Shown: one piece after another, positions 36,899 to 48,089 of the stretch | How the letters are laid out: every line of letters starts with the position of its first letter | Numbering within the stretch: the stretch's first letter is position 1 | DNA from: Podarcis muralis | Taxonomy: Eukaryota | Reading direction: 5' to 3' | NCBI RefSeq assembly: GCF_964188315.1 | Contig: NC_135673.1 | Span: 32,736,001-32,800,000, forward strand | Length of the DNA: 64,000 nt | Position numbers and translations under genes: made by a program | The notes under the pieces: model-generated | What the model was told of the DNA's origin: nothing | What the model saw: the letters and a program-made list of their open reading frames with translations, nothing else | The model's database searches: none

Positions 36899-36903
36899 AT
36901 GAA
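36899..36903 (+). CDS. RBMX2: RBMX2 coding exon 1 (ATG AA)
   Basis: ccccATGAA|GTAAGT; joins exon 2 to give MNPLT. Confidence 0.85.
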
Positions 36904-37109
36904 GTAAGTGAGCGGGCGGGGGTAGGGAGGTTTTGTTTTGGTATGGCGTGTGGAGGTTTGGGAGAGCGAGGGGGCTTCTCTTGAATCAGCGCTCGGCCCT
37001 ATAGATCGTCTTTCCGAGAGCCGAGATCCAGCCTGAAACGTGTGACGCCCTGACACGGAAGAAGAGCACGTCTGAATTTGCGCAAGATCGCCACGCATTC
37101 CTCTCGGGT

Positions 37110-37199
37110 CCTAACTGTCAACGTTTCCCTTTTTTAAAGTGAAATTCCCTTATTCCGAATAGGATTCATCGCAAAAAAAGGAAAAAGTTGACAACTATG
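37110..37199. mobile_element. About 90-bp palindromic MITE, copy 2
   Basis: Shares core aaattcccttattccgaataggattc and inverted ends with 36100-36189. Confidence 0.7.
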
Positions 37200-37452
37200 C
37201 CTTAAATATGCCTCAGTATAGTGTGGGGCTAGGACGAGATCGGCGACATGCAAGTCTCTTTATTCTGCCATGAGCCTCGCCGGGTGATATTTCTCTAATT
37301 ACCTCTCTGTTCCTCACGGGGACGGGTTTTTTTAAGTTGCGGAAGGACCATGTACGCTGGCGCGAATTGCTGGGACACCCTTCAGGGTGGTGAGAATGCA
37401 TGTGAAGTCTGTCCTGAACTCACACGGCTTTTGTTTCTCTCTCTTTCTCTAG

Positions 37453-37568
37453 TCCACTAACCAAAGTGAAGCTTATCAACGAGCTGAATGAGCGCGAGGC
37501 ACAGCTTGGTGTACAAGAGAAGGTCTCCTGGCATGCTGAGTACAGCGACAGTGCCTGGGTGTTTGTGG
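37453..37568 (+). CDS. RBMX2: RBMX2 exon 2
   Basis: (N)PLTKVKLINELNEREAQLGVQEKVSWHAEYSDSAWVFV(G); AG/GT flanks. Confidence 0.93.
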
Positions 37569-37682
37569 GTGGGTGTCAAGCGCAGAAGCAGCCTCCGATG
37601 CACAATCCCTGAAAGTATAGCAGTTTGTGCGACTTTTGCTGGGAACTGTACTTATTTCCTCCTCCCCTTTTTTTGCTTCTAG

Positions 37683-37734
37683 GTGGTCTTCCCTATGAGC
37701 TGACAGAAGGCGACATTATTTGTGTGTTTTCACA
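37683..37734 (+). CDS. RBMX2: RBMX2 exon 3
   Basis: (G)GLPYELTEGDIICVFS(Q); donor GTAAGT. Confidence 0.93.
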
Positions 37735-37819
37735 GTAAGTGAAAAATTGAGATCTATTTTGTATTTTACATAAAAAACATAAACAAATGAATTAAATACA
37801 TAAACATATAATCCCTTTT

Positions 37820-38730
37820 TTGTATTTCATTTTTTTATTAGTTATCCAAATTTTAACAAATCAATCCAAATTATTTAAACATTTTTTTAAATAATTAGCT
37901 TTCCTGCTCCTGTGCAAACATATGTCCAATTCCTCCAGTTGTTGCCTTCTTCATTCTTCTTATTTAATCATCTTCTCATCCTTCTATTCATTTTAATTCA
38001 TTTACATAGCTAGCCGCTCTTGTTGCCTTACAGTCAGCTCCTCTGTTATTTCCCAAACACATAAATGTCCGTGAGCAGCCTTTCAGGCACTCTTCTCAGG
38101 TCTGGTGTGAAGAGAGATTAACTGCCATCATTTATTGTCCACTCAACATTCCATTTCTTTGAGAACTCCTTTGAAGGCATTCCTTTTGACTTCCCTCCCC
38201 CACATTGTGGATCTTAATGAAATGATTTTCCCCACTCTGTATCTCTATCACAACTATTTTTATAAATCCTTTGTCAATCCATAGTTCAAATTTTTACTAC
38301 AGATTTTCTGTCAACCCTACCAATGTATGTAATTGTTCACAATAGCTTTTCAAATAAATTATAAACTTTCCCCATTCTTTATTAAAGACTTCTTCCTGGT
38401 TTCTAATTTTTTCTGTACGTTTTGACATCTCAGCATAGTTCATCAGTTTTGTCTGCCACTCTTCTTTGGTCGGTGTTGTACCATCTTTCCATTTCTGGGC
38501 TAAGAGAGTGTGCACAGCCGTGGTCACATACATAGTTTTGTCTGGCCCATTGGGATCTCTGGTCCTATAATACCTAAAAGAAAAGCTTCTGGTTTCTTAG
38601 GAAAAGTTGTTTTCGACATTTTTTTCAGTTCATTATATATCATTTCCCAGAGGTCTTTTAAAACATTTATGGTGCAGTCTACTCAGAAGTAAGCCCCATC
38701 AAATTCAATATGACTTATCCACACTTCCTT
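37820..38730 (-). mobile_element. L1-clade LINE 3' fragment in RBMX2 intron 3
   Basis: MYVTTAVHTLLAQKWKDGTTPTKEEWQTKLMNYAEMSK on minus strand plus A-rich 3'UTR; ends approximate. Confidence 0.78.
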
Positions 38731-39682
38731 TTGTTCTGCTGCTTTCCCCTGGGGAAAGCCATTCTTTATAGTGCTTGATGATCACAATTCAGGTTTTCTT
38801 CAGATTGATGTTCGCTCCAATTTAGAATTAAAAGAGAGTGTTTACCCTGGGAAAGGAGCAGGGCAAGGGGAAAGCCGCTCGGACCCATCCATAAAAAGCA
38901 CAGGGCAAGCAGAAAACTACTTGGACCCGTGCTTTCTAGATATGGGACATGAAATTAATGGACAAGGCTGAGTTAGGTCCATTAATTAATAGTGTTACAA
39001 CCCACCCCAGTCTCCATGAGTGGTGTGAGACTCCCAGGTGTGCTTTCCAAGGTCTGTGAGCCTGTTGAATACAATGAGACACAGCAGAATCTGTGGTGTC
39101 ATTATGATATGTGTTTTATTTACACATATATAGAACTTGTGTCTAGATGGAGGGACTGCAGAGTGTTTGCATCACAAGATGGTCCTATTCCTCCCATGCT
39201 GCAGCCTCAGATTCCAAGAGACTGCAAACATCATGTCTGACCCTCTCTGCAGCATTGTGCTTTGCCTCCCCAAACACCCACACTCCAGCTTGAAAAGGGA
39301 CACCTTTGTCCTGTTTGCTTATCTCATCCATCACTGCAATTCTGCCCCTCCCTTCTGAAATTCTGGCTTCTTGTCTCTGCTAACTATCTCTCACTTCAGG
39401 GAGAGGCTTTCCCCCATTGTAAGTGGGGAAATAGCCTGGCTGGCTATTTATGCATTGCAAACAGAATGCCATACTAGATGGATCTTGATGTGACCCAGTG
39501 TGGCAGTTACATTCATGGATACAATTTTTGAAGCATGGTTATACTCTTCTCACCTCTCTGCCTTGAGAAATCAAACCCTACCTCAGCATTTGTGTTTTCT
39601 TAATATTTCTTGGCTTGCCTTGTATCCTTCCATGTTTTCAGTGTGAAGCCTAAGTTCTGTTGATCTCTGTTTTTCTTTTCAG

Positions 39683-39812
39683 GTATGGGGAAATTGTGAA
39701 CATAAATCTAGTACGTGATAAAAAGACAGGGAAATCCAAAGGTTTCTGTTTCATTTGCTATGAAGATCAGCGAAGCACCATTCTTGCGGTTGATAATTTT
39801 AATGGAATAAAG
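39683..39812 (+). CDS. RBMX2: RBMX2 exon 4
   Basis: [43 protein letters not shown]. Confidence 0.95.
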
Positions 39813-40151
39813 GTTGGTTTGGCAATTGGAGACATAAAGTGTCTAGAATTCCTCTCTGTTGTACTTAGCTACTAGAGTCACGCTGTGATAAGTCCTCACT
39901 CTAGAAGATGCATTGAGTCACCAGACTCTTCTAGGAAAGGTTTGCGGAAATTGAGCATTTTCAATATCCCTCAAAAGGACTAGTCATAGTATTCTGTCAG
40001 GCATCTTAACATTCTATGAGTTTAGTTCTTATTTTGCTCCAGGCTTATGTTTTGTGGTGCCACTTCTGCCTAAATCAAAAGAAGAGGAGAATAACAAGGT
40101 TGACAGTTTAGATGTGTTTGTTCCATAATTGTAATGATTCTCTGTTCACAG

Positions 40152-40329
40152 ATTAAAGGAAGGACAATTCGTGTGGACCATGTGGCTAACTATCGCCCAC
40201 CAAAAGACTCTGAGGATATTGATGATGTAACAAAAGCTCTCCGAGAAAAAGGATGTGGTGCTAAAACACCTCCAAGTTCACCAGAGTCTTCAAAAGATAG
40301 TGAGGTGGTAGTAAAGAAACACAAAAAAG
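40152..40329 (+). CDS. RBMX2: RBMX2 exon 5
   Basis: IKGRTIRVDHVANYRPPKDSEDIDDVTKALREKGCGAKT...KKHKK; donor G|GTAACA. Confidence 0.93.
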
Positions 40330-40910
40330 GTAACATCTATGTGTGTGTCTGAAAATTGTGAAGTCTGTTTGAAACTCCCAAGTCTAGAAATATGAGCCAG
40401 CTTTTGATTCTTAGAAATGACTAGTGCGCAAGGCAGTGACAAAGCATGCTGGAAAGTCCAAAGTTATGTCATCTTCCCTGCCTCTCTTGAGTTATAGTAT
40501 GCATTTTACCTGACTAGTTGTCGAATATCTGCTAGGATTGTCTAGCCTTTGTTTAACGGGTGGTTTGAGGAGGTGAGGGTGAAGGAACTGAAACAGGTGG
40601 CTAGCCTTTATGTGTATTTCTCTTAAACTGTTGCCCTTGATCCTTACAATGTATAATGCAAGGTCAGCAGTAGGGCAGAACTGATACCAAGAATAAAAAG
40701 AATGAACTGAATTTGGGAAAGATGGCGTCTAGAAATATTTCATGTCTGAGTGTCTTGGGAATGTTAGGGCATATGACACACTAGGAAGAAGAGTTTCCTG
40801 GAGAGATGAAATATTTGGGGATGGTTAGGTGAAAGAGCAGAAATAATGAGGACCTTTAGTAGGGATGTGGCAAACTTTTTTGACCTCTGTGTCTTGCTGT
40901 TCGTCTAAAG

Positions 40911-41269
40911 AGAAAAGCAAGAAGAAGAAGAAAGAGAAAAGAGAGCACCGAAAATGTGCAAAAGAGGAACAACTTGTAGACTCGCCTCCTTCTAAAACCA
41001 GGATCAAAGTGGAGAAGGAAGACCCAGGATATGAATGGCATGCCAATGCAAGTCAGCAGACCTGGAGTAGCACATCTGGGCACAAACATGCAAGCAGGGC
41101 ACATCATGAACAGGAGTCTAAGTATGAGCATGTGAGAGTGAGGTCTCGAGACAGAGCCACAGACAGGGACAGGCAAGAACAGAGAACAATCCACAGTGAG
41201 AAGCACAAGAAGGTAGATACTTCCAAAGAAAGGCCCCGAGCAATAGAAAGCAGAAGATCCCGGGAGTGA
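40911..41269 (+). CDS. RBMX2: RBMX2 exon 6 (last)
   Basis: Acceptor ctaaag in phase 1; EKSKKKKKEKREHRK...RRSRE stop; AATAAA at 41446-41451. Confidence 0.85.
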
Positions 41270-42005
41270 TGGGAGAGAAGAAAAGCCCTGCAAGGAGGAG
41301 TCTTCAAGCCACCACAGACCCACCTGACCCTGTGACATGCAGGGAGCCCTGAATCCTTGGTGGAGTGAATGTTGTGTGCTGTTGGCCTCCGTGTGTTTTT
41401 AAGTAACTTTTTATTGTTTTAGAAATAGAAATAATGAATTTTGCAAATAAATGGACCATGTCTTCACATGTCATTTGTATATCACAATCTTGTACCTATT
41501 ATTTCTCCACTAATCCCAATATCACATCACCCAGTTTTTTATCAGCAAGGGAGAGTTAAACAATTTGAACACTGGGAATTCACATTGCAAGATTTCTATA
41601 CCAATAATCAACCTATATTTGGTAACGAAATAAAATTAACTTCGTCAAATCTAAAACACAAACTGGATTTATTTTAATCGTATTCGTAGTTTTATTATAA
41701 AAGAACATGTAAAAACACAAGCTCTGAGAGCCTTAACACAATTTGAAACTTTATTAAGCATAAAGGATTAGTGTCTAAATTGTACTCTATATAACTTAGT
41801 GCAGGATTGCCCAACAGGTTGATCGGGATCGACTCGTAGATCACCTGACTGATTTCTGTAGATCGATCGCAGACCAGCTCCTCTCCGAGGTAGCCTGAGA
41901 GAACACAGCATGCTCCTCGCAAAAGACGCACCTGCACAACAAAGGCAGAAGGAGAAGGAGAAGCAAGGAGGCAGGAGGAGGCATACGCAGACAGAGAGGC
42001 ATGCC

Positions 42006-42007
<2 letters not shown>

Positions 42008-42062
<55 letters not shown>
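42008..42062. repeat. (AG)n microsatellite
   Basis: Direct read. Confidence 0.95.
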
Positions 42063-42066
<4 letters not shown>

Positions 42067-42104
42067 AGAAGCTGGGTGCAGAAAGGATTCCTTTAGGTTC
42101 ACAC

Positions 42105-43177
42105 TGTGATAGGAATTTTATGGTCTTAGATATATGGTAATGTTCATAAGTGTACCAACCAAGCACGTACATAGATCAGCACAGGAAGACCAACCTGGAA
42201 CCATTTTGATTCCTAAACTGATCAAATGTTTTCTCTGCAAGGTCAAAGTGGAAAAGCCTCCCCATTGTCTTTTCCTTCACAAATCCTGTCTTAAGGGTAT
42301 GTCTGTGTTTGAATAGGGTGTGAGCCTGTGACCTGGCCCAGGAACTAAGTATTTATCACTACAAAAGAATGGCCAGGCTCCCCAGGCAATCCAATCAAGT
42401 AACCTGCCAAACAGGAGATAAACAACAACAGGAGAAAACAATATTCAAATTTATGTTTTATACTGCCTTTTCTGTGATGTAGGTGTGATGTATCTGAGGG
42501 GTGGTCTTAGGTTACACCCCTTCTGTGATGTATGTATGATGTTTCTGGGCGTGGTCTTGATCTAAAAAGGTAAAGGTACCCCTGCCCGTACAGGCCAGTC
42601 TTGACAGACTCTAGGGTTGTGCGCCCATCTCACTCAAGAGGCCGGGGGCCAGCGCTGTCCGGAGACACTTCCGGGTCACGTGGCCAGCGTGACAAGCTGC
42701 ATCTGGCGAGCCAGCGCAGCACACAGAAACGCCATTTACCTTCCCGCTAGTAAGCGGTCCCTATTTATCTACTTGCACCCGGAGGTGCTTTCGAACTGCT
42801 AGGTTGGCAGGCGCTGGGACCGAGCAACGGGAGCGCACCCCGCCACGGGGATTCGAACTGCCGACCTTTCGATTGGCAAGCCCTAGGCGCTGAGGCTTTT
42901 ACCCACAGCGCCACCCGCGTCCCTCTGGTCTTGATCTACAAGGTAGCAATTTCAAAAGTCTCTATAAGGCCTTGCACAGCATTTTTCTGGGTCCCTCCTC
43001 TCTCCTGTGGGTGAGGGGAGCTCCCTGTTGCAACAGATCAATAAAGATCAAGCTTACTAGCTGCTTTGCTTCTCAATATTATCTGGTTGGCCTCTGTTAT
43101 TTTCTCCGACTGTAAGGACTCTATATGGGCTCTTGGATACCCCATAAGGGAAAAAGGGCAAAATGTTGTTTACAACA
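42105..43177 (+). mobile_element. Probable solo LTR (about 700 bp net) with nested SINE
   Basis: TGT...ACA ends, 4-bp acac flanks, U3-like internal repeats, TATAA at 42963, AATAAA at 43040; TSD overlaps a CA repeat so it is weak evidence. Confidence 0.55.
42565..42925 (-). mobile_element. Sauria SINE, subtype A
   Basis: TSD tggtcttgatcta at 42552-42564 and 42926-42938. Confidence 0.9.
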
Positions 43178-43178
43178 A

Positions 43179-43258
<80 letters not shown>
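43178..43258. repeat. Compound (CA)n(AG)n microsatellite
   Basis: Direct read. Confidence 0.95.
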
Positions 43259-43260
<2 letters not shown>

Positions 43261-44394
43261 CCCAGCACACTCTGACTGGCTTCTCAGAGAACTTGTGCCT
43301 CCCTTTCTCCCCCCCCCCTTAAACTCCCCCTTCTCATGTTAAGTTAGCCACCTCCTTCCACACACGCACCCCATGCACACTCCGTGTCCCTCCAGTTTGA
43401 GTGTTTTTCCTCCCCCCACCCCACTTAAACTCCCCCCTCCCATGTCAAGTTAGCCACCTTCTTCCACACACGCACCCCGTGGGTACTTGAAAAATGGACA
43501 CTTTTCACATGCAGACCACCATTAAGTCATCAACTGGAAATCAGAAGCTAAGGTTGCGTTTACAAACTGACTTCCTTGCTCGAAAGCGAAAGCCATCCAA
43601 ATCCAAAGGGAGCAGGCGAAAGTGCCATCCATGCTGCTGTTAAGAGATCTGAAGGGAAGTGTTGATCTCGTTCCAGGGTTCTGAGTGTTAATATGCTCTT
43701 GAAAAACTCTTTATTAATTGGTTCCCTCTGAAACACTTGTAAACACCATGTCATGCAAAAAGTCACATTTCACATAACGACATGTGGCTGTGCTTTTGTC
43801 GTCTTCGGTGACTGTCTGCCTTGATGTGGTCCACTTTTCTTCAGTTACTAGGTGTTCTGAGACCCAGACTTCAAGCACACCAGCAAGAGCCATGGCAGCG
43901 CCAGAGGGAGGAAATCGCTCTCCCCCACCCCCAAGGATACAGCCCTTCCCACTTGCCTCCTCAATTGCTGGACTCCTGCCCTTAATGCATACTATTTGTC
44001 TCAAATTAGACCTTAATATAAATGAGATTACCTGACGAAAGCAATCTCACAATTCTCTTTGAATTTCTATAGATACTTAAGGTGCATATGTAAGACGTTT
44101 GTTTATAATTATATTTGGGGAATGATTCATGTTCTTATGTAGCTGCGTTGTTTAATACTTTCTGGATTTCCCATGATCATATTATAAAGTAGCTGTGTTC
44201 TATGTTATAAATCAAGCACATCTAGGAGCCCCCCCCCCATTTATTTCTTATCGCTAAAAAATTCAGCGTGGACTAGATATATATTTTTTTGAGAACCACT
44301 GTGTTAAAGAGTCAAGCATCGTGTTTTGTTCTGTTAGTGGCTTTTCCATTGGAAGCATTAATTCTTTCCAAGTATTTTACAATAAGCTTTACGG

Positions 44395-44396
<2 letters not shown>

Positions 44397-44434
<38 letters not shown>
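44397..44434. repeat. (CA)n microsatellite
   Basis: Direct read. Confidence 0.95.
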
Positions 44435-44437
<3 letters not shown>

Positions 44438-44546
44438 AAATGCATTTGCAAAAACTTACAAATTTGGTTGCATATGAACATATCATTTACAATAATTAAA
44501 TAAAACAGTCGATATATTTAACTTGTACACTGAGTTATGAGTACCG

Positions 44547-45367
44547 TACCGTATTTTTCACTCCATAAGCCACAATTTTTTACTCCTAAAAAGTAAGGGG
44601 AAATGTCTGTGCATCTTATGGAGCAAATGCGTGGTCCCTGGAGCCAAATTGCCCAGGGGCAAAAAGCAGACCGTGCTTTTTTTTAAAAAAAAATAAAGCG
44701 GGAAGAGGGTGTTGAAACAAAGCCGCTGAGCAGCTAATCAAGTGATCGGGAGGGGAGATAAGGGACTCTAGCGATAAAGGACACTGCCTGGGAGGGGGAG
44801 GTAAAGACAGTGAACTTGCAAGGAGAGGAGACAGGAAGATTAAAGCAATGAGGAGAGAAATTAGAAGAAAAGAAGGAGCAAAATACCGCTCCAGCTAAGG
44901 AAAAGACACTAAGAGGGAAGGGGGTGTTGAAACAAAGCCGCTGAGCAGCTGATCGGCAAGGGATCGAGAGGGACACAAGGGACTCTAGAGATAAAGGAGG
45001 CTGCCTGGGAGCGGGGAGGTAAAAGCACATGAATCCTCAGGATTTTTGCATTGGGTCACCCCAAATTCACCATCAGATCATATAGCATGTCCATGGCTAC
45101 AACCCGCACAAAAAAAAACCATGCACCCACTGTTTCGTGGGGCCGCTATGACGCAAATACATGGTTACAAAGCACGGATCCACATGGGTCCTCAGGATTT
45201 TTGCATTGGGTCACCCCAAACTCACCGTCAAATCACATATCATGTCTGTGGCTACAGCATGAACCACAAAAATCATACATCCACTGTTTCGTTCAGAATA
45301 TTTTTTTTCTTGTTTTCCTCCTCTAAAAACTAGGTCGGGTGCGTCTTATGGAGCGAAAAATATGGTA
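44547..45367. mobile_element. Non-autonomous DNA transposon with taccgtatttttc TIRs and internal duplications
   Basis: taccgtatttttc...gaaaaatatggta ends; subterminal cttatggagc repeats; two internal direct repeats. Confidence 0.68.
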
Positions 45368-45515
45368 ATTCCAATTAAATTAGGTACATTAATGTATGAT
45401 GTTTAGATTGGTGAACATAGGCAAATAATAGTTTATACCAGTAACAATTCAAAATTATATGTTTCAATAGCCATTCTTTTTGCCATTGGTTACATATATC
45501 ATAATTAGAGAAAGA

Positions 45516-45724
45516 CAGTGGTATCTCGGTTTTCGAACGTTTCCGTTGACAAACATTTCGGTTTTCGAACGCTGTAAACCCGGAAGTAAATGCTTTGGTT
45601 TTCGAACATGCCTCGGAAGTCGAACATGTCATGCGGTTTCCGTATTGAGTTTTCTATTTTTGAATGTTTTGGAACTCGAAATGTCTTCCAGAATGGATTA
45701 CGTTTGAAAACCAATGTACCACTG
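45516..45724. mobile_element. Tc1/mariner-type MITE
   Basis: cagtggtatctcggttttc...aaaaccaatgtaccactg|ta. Confidence 0.7.
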
Positions 45725-46331
45725 TAATAGGGAGTGATGGAAGAGGGATAACATGTGTTCACCAGACTGTATTATAGATGCACTTTCCTACCATATGCTT
45801 CATTGTGAAATTATAATAAAATCATACCAAACTGCATAAAAGTTGCCATGTTTCTTTTGTCCTGTCACTTTTAATTTTTGTATGAGTTTTTCTAGCAGTG
45901 CTGTCTGCCCGATGATGGTCTATATTTCATAACTGTAAGGATTTCCATGATCTGGCAGTAGTTGTTCTTGCAGCAGTTAACAAATGTGTTATAAGTTCTT
46001 ATTTCTAATGCATAACATGTCTTGGTTGTATAATTTGAGCCAGCTCTGGGTCATGGGAATTGTTTGTGCTCTGTTCAGAGATATTTATGCAAAAACAGCT
46101 TTCCAAAAATTTTCATATTTGGGGCAGTCCTACCACATATGCTGGCGTGTCCCTATGGTAGCACATCCTCCGCAAGACATGGGAGAGCTGTTTGGTTTTA
46201 TTTATGCTATACATCTGGGAGTTAGGTGCCATCCATGTACTATATTGAGATTTCTTTCCCTTGTCATTGCTGATAGGGATTTGGTCCTAATTTAATTTAA
46301 CTTTTTCTTCTATGTCTAAATACCAATTTAA

Positions 46332-46593
46332 AAAATATAAAGGTAAAGGACCCCTGAAAGTTAAGTCCAGTCGCAGATGACTCTGGGGTTGCAGCGCTTA
46401 TCTCGCTTTACTGGCCAAGGGAGCCAACGTTTGTCCGCAGACAGTTTTTCTGGGTCATGTAGCCAGCATGACTAAGCTGCTTCTGGCGAAACCAGAGCAG
46501 TGCACGGAAACGCCTTTTACCTTCCTGCCGGAGCGGTACCTATTTATCTACTTGCACTTTTTGGCGCGCTTTCAAACTCCTAGGTTGGCAGGG
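46332..46593 (-). mobile_element. Sauria SINE, subtype B, 5'-truncated
   Basis: TSD aaataccaatttaa at 46318-46331 and 46594-46607. Confidence 0.85.
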
Positions 46594-46606
46594 AAATACC
46601 AATTTA

Positions 46607-46977
46607 AGGTAAAGGTAAAGGTACCCCTGCCCGTACGGGCCAGTCTTGACAGACTCTAGGGTTGCGCGCCCATCTCACTTAAGAGGCCAGGGGCCAGTGC
46701 TGTCCGGAGACACTTCCGGGTCACGTGGCCAGCGTGACAAAGCTGCTCTGGCGAGCCGGCACCAGCGCAGCACACGGAAACGCCGTTTACCTTCCCGCTA
46801 TAAAGCGGTACCTATTTATCTACTTGCACTTAGGGGTGCTTTCGAACTGCTAGGTGGGCAGGAACTGGGACCGAATAACGGGAGCTCACCCTGCCGCAGG
46901 GATTCGAACCGCCAACCATGCAATCGGCAAGTCCTAGGCGCTGAGGTTTTACCCACAGCGCCACCCGTGTCCCAAAA
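46607..46977 (-). mobile_element. Sauria SINE, full length, A-type tail
   Basis: TSD accaattta at 46598-46606 and 46978-46986. Confidence 0.88.
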
Positions 46978-47368
46978 ACCAATTTAGTTCCCACCAATTT
47001 CCTAATTTTGCTGTGGGCAAAACTGTACCTCTATAATAGTTATATACATGGATGAAGTTAGACCTTTCCTCTCCATCTTTTCTCCAACTATTATTTTCTC
47101 ATGTGCTGTTAATTATCCAGTAGCTTCTTTTTTAGTTTGAGTGTGTATTAAAAAGGATTGTAACTGATAATCCAGTAGCTACAGAATTGGTACATATCCC
47201 AATTGAGTTTGCATTTTAGTTGCATTCACACAGACACACGCCCCTGGGATAGGACCTTCACCCCTTAAAAGTTGTGAGTGTAAACAGGTTTATGAGCCAG
47301 TGTAAGGAACAGAACTTGTTTTTCATAAATGCTATTGCACTTATAGATACCCCATCTGTTTTCTGATA

Positions 47369-47583
47369 CAGTGGTACCTCAGGTTACAGGCGCTTCAGGT
47401 TACAAACTCCACTAACCCAGAAATAGTACCTCGGGTTAAGAACTTTGCTTCAGGATGAGAAGAGAAATCGCGCGGTGGCAGCGGGAGGCCCCATTAGCTA
47501 AAGTGGTGCATCAAGTTAAGAACAGTTTCAGGTTAAGAACTGACCTTCAGAACGAATTAAGTTCTTAACCTGAGGTACCACTG
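47369..47583. mobile_element. Tc1/mariner-type MITE
   Basis: ta|cagtggtacctcaggtta...taacctgaggtaccactg|ta; same family as 55075-55321 in opposite orientation. Confidence 0.85.
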
Positions 47584-48089
47584 TATTGTCCATTGGACTC
47601 CTGTTTGAGTTGACACTAAATCTGCCATACTGCTTAAGTGACTTGCTTCATAATAACTAAGTTTGGGAGTCCCTATCCACCTATGGTGGGATGAAGAGAA
47701 AGCAATTTTTAAAAATGCATGATGTATCTGATTGGAATTTGAATTCATTAATCCTTGAATTCATTATGCAATATTGGCTGATAGGTCCTAGACTGGCCAT
47801 GTTTCCAATACAAAAAGTAATTTTGGCACTAGCATTACTTTAGATACAGCCTGTCAACCCATAATAGACAGATTCATTTTGTTCCAGTGCCATATGTTTG
47901 AATTTATTGTTTTACAAACTTTGTTATAATTTACCTGGTGTAAAGTTATAGGTGACTGCTATTCCTAAATACTGTATCTGAAAGTTTTCCTGGCTATTGG
48001 TATCTGTAATATTTTAGAAAATATTTTTTGGGCCTGTGGTGTATGGAAAAACATTACTCCTGTTTTTTTGAAATTTTACTTTAAGTCCA

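Larger units (their letters stand above)
36480..37420. promoter_or_regulatory. CpG island / promoter of RBMX2
   Basis: CpG-rich; CCAAT plus GGGCGG at about 36630-36642; NRF1-like CGCGTGCGCG at about 36826-36835. Confidence 0.7.
36899..41269 (+). other. RBMX2: RBMX2 gene, join(36899-36903,37453-37568,37683-37734,39683-39812,40152-40329,40911-41269), 279 aa
   Basis: 840-nt spliced ORF MNPLTKVKLINELNERE...RRM (FVGGLPYELTEGD, KSKGFCF)...Lys/Arg-rich tail; homologue of the RES-complex subunit Snu17/Ist3. Confidence 0.95.

Noticed and set aside
36663-36984. Several 69-79 aa ORFs over the RBMX2 promoter
   Set aside because: Typical of CpG-island DNA; only the ATGAA|GTAAGT mini-exon joins the conserved RBMX2 frame.
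41695-42172. ORFs of 134-135 aa with SL/ER runs (also 43066-43322, 44289-44503, 49570-49788)
   Set aside because: Products of (AG)n, (CA)n and (AAT)n microsatellites.
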